Shown here: piece by piece, positions 59,120 to 64,000 of the stretch | Layout: each line of letters starts with the position of its first letter | How positions within the stretch are numbered: position 1 is the first letter of the stretch | Source: an uncultured bacterium | Lineage (GTDB): Bacteria > Chloroflexota > UBA5177 > JANWHV01 | NCBI GenBank assembly: GCA_963827235.1 | Contig: CAWHAE010000018.1 | Location: forward strand, 424,078 to 488,077 | Direction of reading: 5' to 3' | DNA length: 64,000 nt | The notes under the pieces: generated by a model | Database searches by the model: none | Seen by the model: only the letters and a program-made list of their open reading frames with translations | What the model was told of the DNA's origin: nothing | Position numbers and translations under genes: made by a program

Positions 59120-59220
59120 GGCGCGCCGGCTGCGGCTGTGCCGAGGGGCGAGGGGCGAAAGGAAGCACCGCGGGTGGGTTCTTGTGGCCCCACGCCGTCT
59201 GGTCTGGAGTGGGTGGTGCG

Positions 59221-60465
59221 ATGAGCGATCGTGTTCCCTGGGTCACCGAATACCACCGCGTGCCTAACCGCCTGAAGGTCCTGCAGCTGATCCGCGCCGA
59301 AGGCCCGGTTTCGCGCGCGGAGATTGCCCGCCGCCTCGACCTGTCGCGGCCGACTGCCTCCCGTATCATCGACGTGCTGATCCACGAAGGGATCATCGCA
59401 TGCGTCGGCAAATCGCAACCGACGGGCGGGCGCCTCGGCGACCTCTACACGTTCCGCCTCGACGCCGGCGTGGTGCTCGGCCTGCAGCTCGGCACGCGGC
59501 ACGCCCGTGCCGCCGTGGCCACGCTCAACGGTCAGATCCTGCATCGTACCGCCCGCCCCCTGGCGCTCGAGAAACGCCAGACCGTGTTGCCCCAGCTGCA
59601 CACGTTCATCAAAGACGCGCTGGCCTACGATCGCCGCAAGTCGGCCACCGTGCTCGCCGTCGGGCTTGCCGTGCCGGGCGTCGTCGACATTCAGACGGGC
59701 ACGGTCACCTACCCGGCCAGCCCGTTCCCCGGCCTCACCGACCGACCGCTGCTGCAGGAGCTCGAGCAGCACCTGGGAGTACCCGTGGTTATGGACAACG
59801 ACGTCAACCTGGCCGCGCTCGGCGAATGCCAGTCGGGCTGCGCCCAGGGTCATCGCGGCGTCGCTTACATCTTCGTCGGACCCGGTATCGGAGCCGGGCT
59901 CATTCTCAATGGCCGGTTGCTGCGTGGCAGCTCGGGCGCGGCAGGCGAGATCGGCTATATGGTCGTTGACCGCGCCAACGTACACCGCCAATTCGGCCCA
60001 TCCGGATGCCTGGAGTCGGTCGCCGGCATCCATTACCTCACCCTGGCAGCGAAGAGTCGAGGGCTGCCGTGGGATACCCCCGATGCCGTCTGCGAACGCG
60101 CCATGGCCGGAGACCCGCAAGCCCTGGAGATCATCCAGGAGCTGAACGAGTATCTGGCCATGGCCGTGGTCAACACCGTGACCGTCATCGATCCGGAAAT
60201 CGTGGTGTTGGGCGGCGACCTCGCGGACCTGCCGCATGCGGAAACCTTGTTCGTGGCGCCCATCGAAGCGATGACGCGGCGGCACGTGGTGGGGGCGCCG
60301 CTGGTGCGTCTCTCACAGCTCCTGGGAGACGCCGCGCTGCATGGCGCCCTTCATGCCGCGGTCGGCCTCGCGCTGGCGACGGCCGGCGGCTCCGGCGGCC
60401 TCGGGGCGGGCATGGTAGATCCGTCGAGCCTGCTGGTGTCGGCCGGCATAGGCTCCCATGAATAA
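59221..60465 (+). CDS. ROK family transcriptional repressor
   Basis: N...VL.LIR..GPVSRAEIARRLDLSRPTASRII HTH; GLAVPG, DNDVNLAALGE, GIGAG, AGEIGYM, GCLES. Confidence 0.94.
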   Translation: MSDRVPWVTEYHRVPNRLKVLQLIRAEGPVSRAEIARRLDLSRPTASRIIDVLIHEGIIACVGKSQPTGGRLGDLYTFRLDAGVVLGLQLGTRHARAAVATLNGQILHRTARPLALEKRQTVLPQLHTFIKDALAYDRRKSATVLAVGLAVPGVVDIQTGTVTYPASPFPGLTDRPLLQELEQHLGVPVVMDNDVNLAALGECQSGCAQGHRGVAYIFVGPGIGAGLILNGRLLRGSSGAAGEIGYMVVDRANVHRQFGPSGCLESVAGIHYLTLAAKSRGLPWDTPDAVCERAMAGDPQALEIIQELNEYLAMAVVNTVTVIDPEIVVLGGDLADLPHAETLFVAPIEAMTRRHVVGAPLVRLSQLLGDAALHGALHAAVGLALATAGGSGGLGAGMVDPSSLLVSAGIGSHE

Positions 60466-60522
60466 CTTCCCCTTGCTCGCTCTATGACCGCTGACTTCGG
60501 CAAGGGCGGCGGAGGCAAACAG

Positions 60523-61218
60523 ATGAGCCGGGCAGGCAAGACGCCTGCCTGGGAATGGCGGCTCGATCGCGCCGTGCTGGCGCTGGCCCGTACACCCTGG
60601 GGCCGCAGCGGATACGGCCGCGCTCGGGGATTGATGCGCCTGTTCGTCTGGATAGAGCATATTCTGCTCTGGGGCCACCACCTGGCACCGCTCCGGGAGG
60701 ATAGCGTGGTCCGCTACGAAGTCGGCCCATACCCCGGCCGGGCGGTGCGGCTGGCCAATGGCACGCTGATTCGCCACGGCGAGCGGGCCATCCTGCTGCA
60801 CTGGGATAACCGAGCCCTGGCGTCCTCCGAAGCAGCGGGCGCGTCAAGGGTCCAGAGGCTCACCTGGCAGCTCGCGAAGCGCGCCGGCGCCGATCTTCAG
60901 TGCCTGGCGGACCTGGTCCGCGACGGCACGATCCCCGCCGGAGTGCGCACGATTTGGGCGGAAACCGTGCACTACCAGCTGCTGCCGCGCTACGGATTCT
61001 CCGTGCGGCCGGCCCCACCGTCGTTTCGCACCCCGTGGGCCCGCCTGTTCATGCTGTGCATGCTCACGATCTACAGCCGGCCCGGCCAGCTCGATGATGA
61101 ACGGGTCTTCGAGCGACTGCAGCTTGGTGAAGGCTGGCTGAGCGTCGACGACTTGCTCGGGCGTTACCCCGCGCGCGGCCGTGAACCGGAGGCTCGCCTG
61201 CAGACGGGCAGGAGCTGA
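60523..61218 (+). CDS. YkoP-like hypothetical protein
   Basis: GGAGG RBS; YPG..V.L.NGT.I..GE....LHWDN and RYGF resemble the YkoP family (recalled, not searched). Confidence 0.6.
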   Translation: MSRAGKTPAWEWRLDRAVLALARTPWGRSGYGRARGLMRLFVWIEHILLWGHHLAPLREDSVVRYEVGPYPGRAVRLANGTLIRHGERAILLHWDNRALASSEAAGASRVQRLTWQLAKRAGADLQCLADLVRDGTIPAGVRTIWAETVHYQLLPRYGFSVRPAPPSFRTPWARLFMLCMLTIYSRPGQLDDERVFERLQLGEGWLSVDDLLGRYPARGREPEARLQTGRS

Positions 61219-61495
61219 GCATGCCGGAGTTCGAACGGCAGATCTTGCCGCCCGGCGACGAATCGCTCGCGCCGGCGCTCACCTGGACGGATGTGTGCAA
61301 CGCCACCTCGCGGCGGGCGCCAGGGTCCGTGCCGGAGCGTGGCGGCCCCCGCGCACGCGCCAGGTGGCAAACCTGCTGCGCATTTTACAGAATTGCACTT
61401 CCGGCATCTAAAATGTGAACATCGAACGTTGGTACAATGGCGTGGCAGGGTTTTCGAGATACCGATACGATGAAGTTCTTGTAGACCGGAACCTC

Positions 61496-62419
61496 ATGCG
61501 ATCACTGCTGCGACATGACATCCCGCCTGGGCCCGCTCCGAGCGCGCTCGTACGGCCGGCCACCTTGCCAGCAGCCGGCCAGCCGACGTTCCCGACCTGG
61601 ATGGAATGGTGGAGTTTCCTGATCCAGGTAGTCCTCGTGACCGGCATAGAGGTAAGTGACGACCTGCTGCGAGGCCTCGTATTTCCGCGCGCCATCGGCC
61701 CCACACAGCTGCACGCCGTGTGGGTGATGGACTTCGAACAGGATCACGGGCTCTGGATCGAGCCGTCTCTGCAGCGCTTCTTCGAACAGACGCACGACAT
61801 TCTCGGGCTCGTCATCACCTGGCCCCACATCGTAACCGTGCTCAACTCGCTCTACGGCATCGCGCACGGCCTGGTAACAGCGTTGGTGGTCGCCTGGCTG
61901 TACTGGCGCCGGCCGTATCTCTTCCCGTTCGTGCGCAACATCTTCGTCATTGCCACAGCGCTCTCCGTTGTCACCTATAACGCCTTCCCCACCGCGCCCC
62001 CCCGGCTTGCCACCGGCCTCCGCTTCGACGGCCAGCCCTTCCACTTCGTGGACACGGTGTTCTCCTCCGGCGGCGTGAACCTCAGCTTCGATAAGTACGC
62101 GGCCGTGCCCAGCCTGCACATCGTCTGGGCGGTGATCGCCGGCGCCACCCTGGCCGTGGCTGCCAAGCCGGTGATCGTCCGTATCCTGGGCGTGATCCAC
62201 CCCTTCATGATGGCCATCTCGGTCATCGTGACCGGCAACCACTATCTGTTCGACTGCCTGGTAGCCGTGGGAATTTCCGTTTTGGCCTTGCTGCTGTCGC
62301 TCCTGCTGCTGCTTCGTTGGCCGAAGGTTGCCTTTATCGGCGCCCGGCCGGGATGGGGACCACCTGTGTGGCCGGTTGGCGTGCCCGCCGCGCACCACGA
62401 GACTCCGAAGGGCGCCTAG
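61496..62419 (+). CDS. PAP2-superfamily membrane protein (PAP2_3, Aur1/IPC-synthase-like)
   Basis: FPTAPPRL, YAAVPSLHIVWA and TGNHYLFD motifs; about six TMs; start uncertain. Confidence 0.87.
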   Translation: MRSLLRHDIPPGPAPSALVRPATLPAAGQPTFPTWMEWWSFLIQVVLVTGIEVSDDLLRGLVFPRAIGPTQLHAVWVMDFEQDHGLWIEPSLQRFFEQTHDILGLVITWPHIVTVLNSLYGIAHGLVTALVVAWLYWRRPYLFPFVRNIFVIATALSVVTYNAFPTAPPRLATGLRFDGQPFHFVDTVFSSGGVNLSFDKYAAVPSLHIVWAVIAGATLAVAAKPVIVRILGVIHPFMMAISVIVTGNHYLFDCLVAVGISVLALLLSLLLLLRWPKVAFIGARPGWGPPVWPVGVPAAHHETPKGA

Positions 62420-62440
62420 CCGCCGGCGGTACGGCCCACG

Positions 62441-62482
62441 TTGCTCCGCTATGGGCTTCCAGCTATAGTCACAATATGAGTA
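62441..62482 (+). promoter_or_regulatory. Promoter of padR-modA with overlapping candidate PadR operator
   Basis: TTGCTC-17-TATAGT (62441-62469); inverted repeat TAGTCA-N5-TGAGTA (62466-62482). Confidence 0.55.
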
Positions 62483-62522
62483 GTCGCAATGTGAGGATCG
62501 CCTGCCCAGGAGGCCCGCGACG

Positions 62523-63092
62523 GTGCGCCGGCCGATAGACGCGGCGGAGCCCGTGAGACACGTCCTCCTCGGGCTGCTTCTCGACGGCCCCAGGCATGGC
62601 TATGACTTGGCGCGCGCCTTCGCGCCCAGCGCGCCGGTAGGCAACGTCGTTCACCTGGCTGCCAGCCACATGTATGCGTTGCTCAGCCAGCTGGAGCGTG
62701 ACGGCCTGATCACGGGCGAATGCCAGGAGCAGGGCATCCGGCCGCCCCGCCGTGTCTACCGGATCACCGAGGCCGGCTGCGCCGTCCTCTCGGACTGGCT
62801 CGATGCCCCCGTTTCGAAGCCGCGCGATGTCTTGCTGGAATTCCCGCTCAAGCTCTATCTGGCGCAGCGGATGGACCGGGAGCGGGCCCTGGCCCTGGTG
62901 CGGCACCAGTACGCTCACTTCGCCGGCTACCTCGCGGATCTGGAGCGCGAGCCCCTGCAAGCCGGCTCGCCCGCCGATCAGACGTTTCTGCGGCTGGTGC
63001 GAGAAGGCCGCATCGAGCGCACTCGCTCCACCCTGACCTGGCTCGACCGCTGCGCCGATGCGCTGGACTCTCCCGCGCCCACTGCCCACTGA
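62523..63092 (+). CDS. PadR family transcriptional regulator
   Basis: LLGLL..GPRHGYDL, MYALLSQLERDGLI, PPRRVYRITEAG; AGGAGG RBS. Confidence 0.93.
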   Translation: MRRPIDAAEPVRHVLLGLLLDGPRHGYDLARAFAPSAPVGNVVHLAASHMYALLSQLERDGLITGECQEQGIRPPRRVYRITEAGCAVLSDWLDAPVSKPRDVLLEFPLKLYLAQRMDRERALALVRHQYAHFAGYLADLEREPLQAGSPADQTFLRLVREGRIERTRSTLTWLDRCADALDSPAPTAH

Positions 63093-63236
63093 CGGAATTC
63101 CGCGTGTCCTGAAAAGGAAGGAGGTGAGCTGCCGACCGCCAGACGAACCCGCCCTGTCGCCAGATATCCCTTCTCTTCACTTCTTCACCGCAGTCGCGCC
63201 GCCCTGCTTATTCACCACTAGCCTCCCGGAGGTCCC

Positions 63237-64000
63237 ATGCGTCGTCGTGTCTCGCACTCGATCGTTGCGCTCTTCGCGCTCCTTGGCCTTATCCTTGCCG
63301 GGCCCGGCAGTGCCGCGCGCGCCGGATACGCGAGCTCTCGTGCCTCGGACAACGGCACCCTCACCGTGTTCGCCGCCGCGTCGCTCACCGAAGCGTTCAC
63401 CTCTCTGGGCGCCTCCTTTGGCACGGCTAACAACGTGAGCGTCAAGTTCAACTTCGCGGGATCCGATGCCCTGGTTACTCAAATGGCGCAGGGCGCGCCG
63501 GCCGACGTGTTTGCCTCGGCCAACCAGGCGCAGATGACGCTTGCCCAACAGAAAGGGCTCATCGCCTCCACCCCCACGGTGTTCGTGCGCAATCGTCTCG
63601 TGGTCATCGTGCCCAAGGACAATCCGGCCCACATCTACAGCCTGCCGGACCTCGCGCGGCCCGGCGTGAACCTGGTGCTGGCCGCGCCGACTGTCCCGGT
63701 AGGCAAGTATGCCCGCGCCGCGTTCAGGTGATGGCCTCCGACGCCGCGTTCGGCAGCGATTTCCTTGCGCGCGTCCAGGCCAACATCAAGTCCAATGAAA
63801 CCGACATGAAGGCCGTGACGGCGAAAGTCAGCCTTGGCGAAGCCGATGCCGGCGTGGTCTACGTCACCGACATGACGCCGAGCGTGGCCCCGAAAGTGCA
63901 GACCATCGCCGTGCCGCCACCCTTCAACCAATCGCGGTCTATCCGATCGCGGTGACCAAGGCCAGCGGGAACGCCGCCCTGGCCCAGAAGTTCGTCGAGT
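63237..64000 (+). CDS. modA: Molybdate ABC transporter substrate-binding protein; two frameshifts (~63726, ~63930); runs off the window
   Basis: VFAAASLTEAF, FNFAGS..L..Q...GAPADVFASAN, RNRLV, VPVGKYA, then KV.LGEADAGVVYVTD and IAVYPIAV in successive frames. Confidence 0.92.

Noticed and set aside
1-64000. tRNA, rRNA, IS, integrase, prophage or defence genes
   Set aside because: No supporting motifs, terminal repeats or protein signatures found on reading both strands.

Overview
A 64 kb GC-rich bacterial chromosomal segment. The gene content (yacL-like PIN/TRAM-ispD-ispF synteny, rqcH, M32 carboxypeptidase, T-box-controlled valS, Hanks-type kinase, many secreted BNR/GLUG proteins) fits a Terrabacteria lineage, most likely Chloroflexota; this assignment is inference. 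I can support about 46 genes. They include a cell-envelope cluster, a kinase/M32/DUF815 cluster, TetR-RND and MFS efflux genes, a LacI-controlled sugar ABC-GH32 operon with a convergent ketose 3-epimerase, and a decaying region of secreted-protein paralogues. Further along are a translationally coupled methyltransferase-propeller-DUF58-transglutaminase operon, an orphan 5-PAS histidine kinase, an archaeal-type valS with a complete Val T-box, a ROK-controlled Opp-family/GH4 sugar locus and padR-modA. I saw no tRNA, rRNA, CRISPR, IS or prophage. At least eight single-base frameshifts, many in short homopolymers, probably reflect long-read consensus errors. The most interesting signals are non-coding. 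(1) All three substrate-binding-protein leaders carry an orphan extended anti-16S (STAB-SD-like) motif, and two of these genes are followed by strong hairpins. (2) Two tandem near-consensus sigma70 promoters fire into a gene-less stretch antisense to a small ORF. (3) A 44-bp tandem duplication splits an ORF and creates a new ribosome-binding site. None of these is proven to be a new system.
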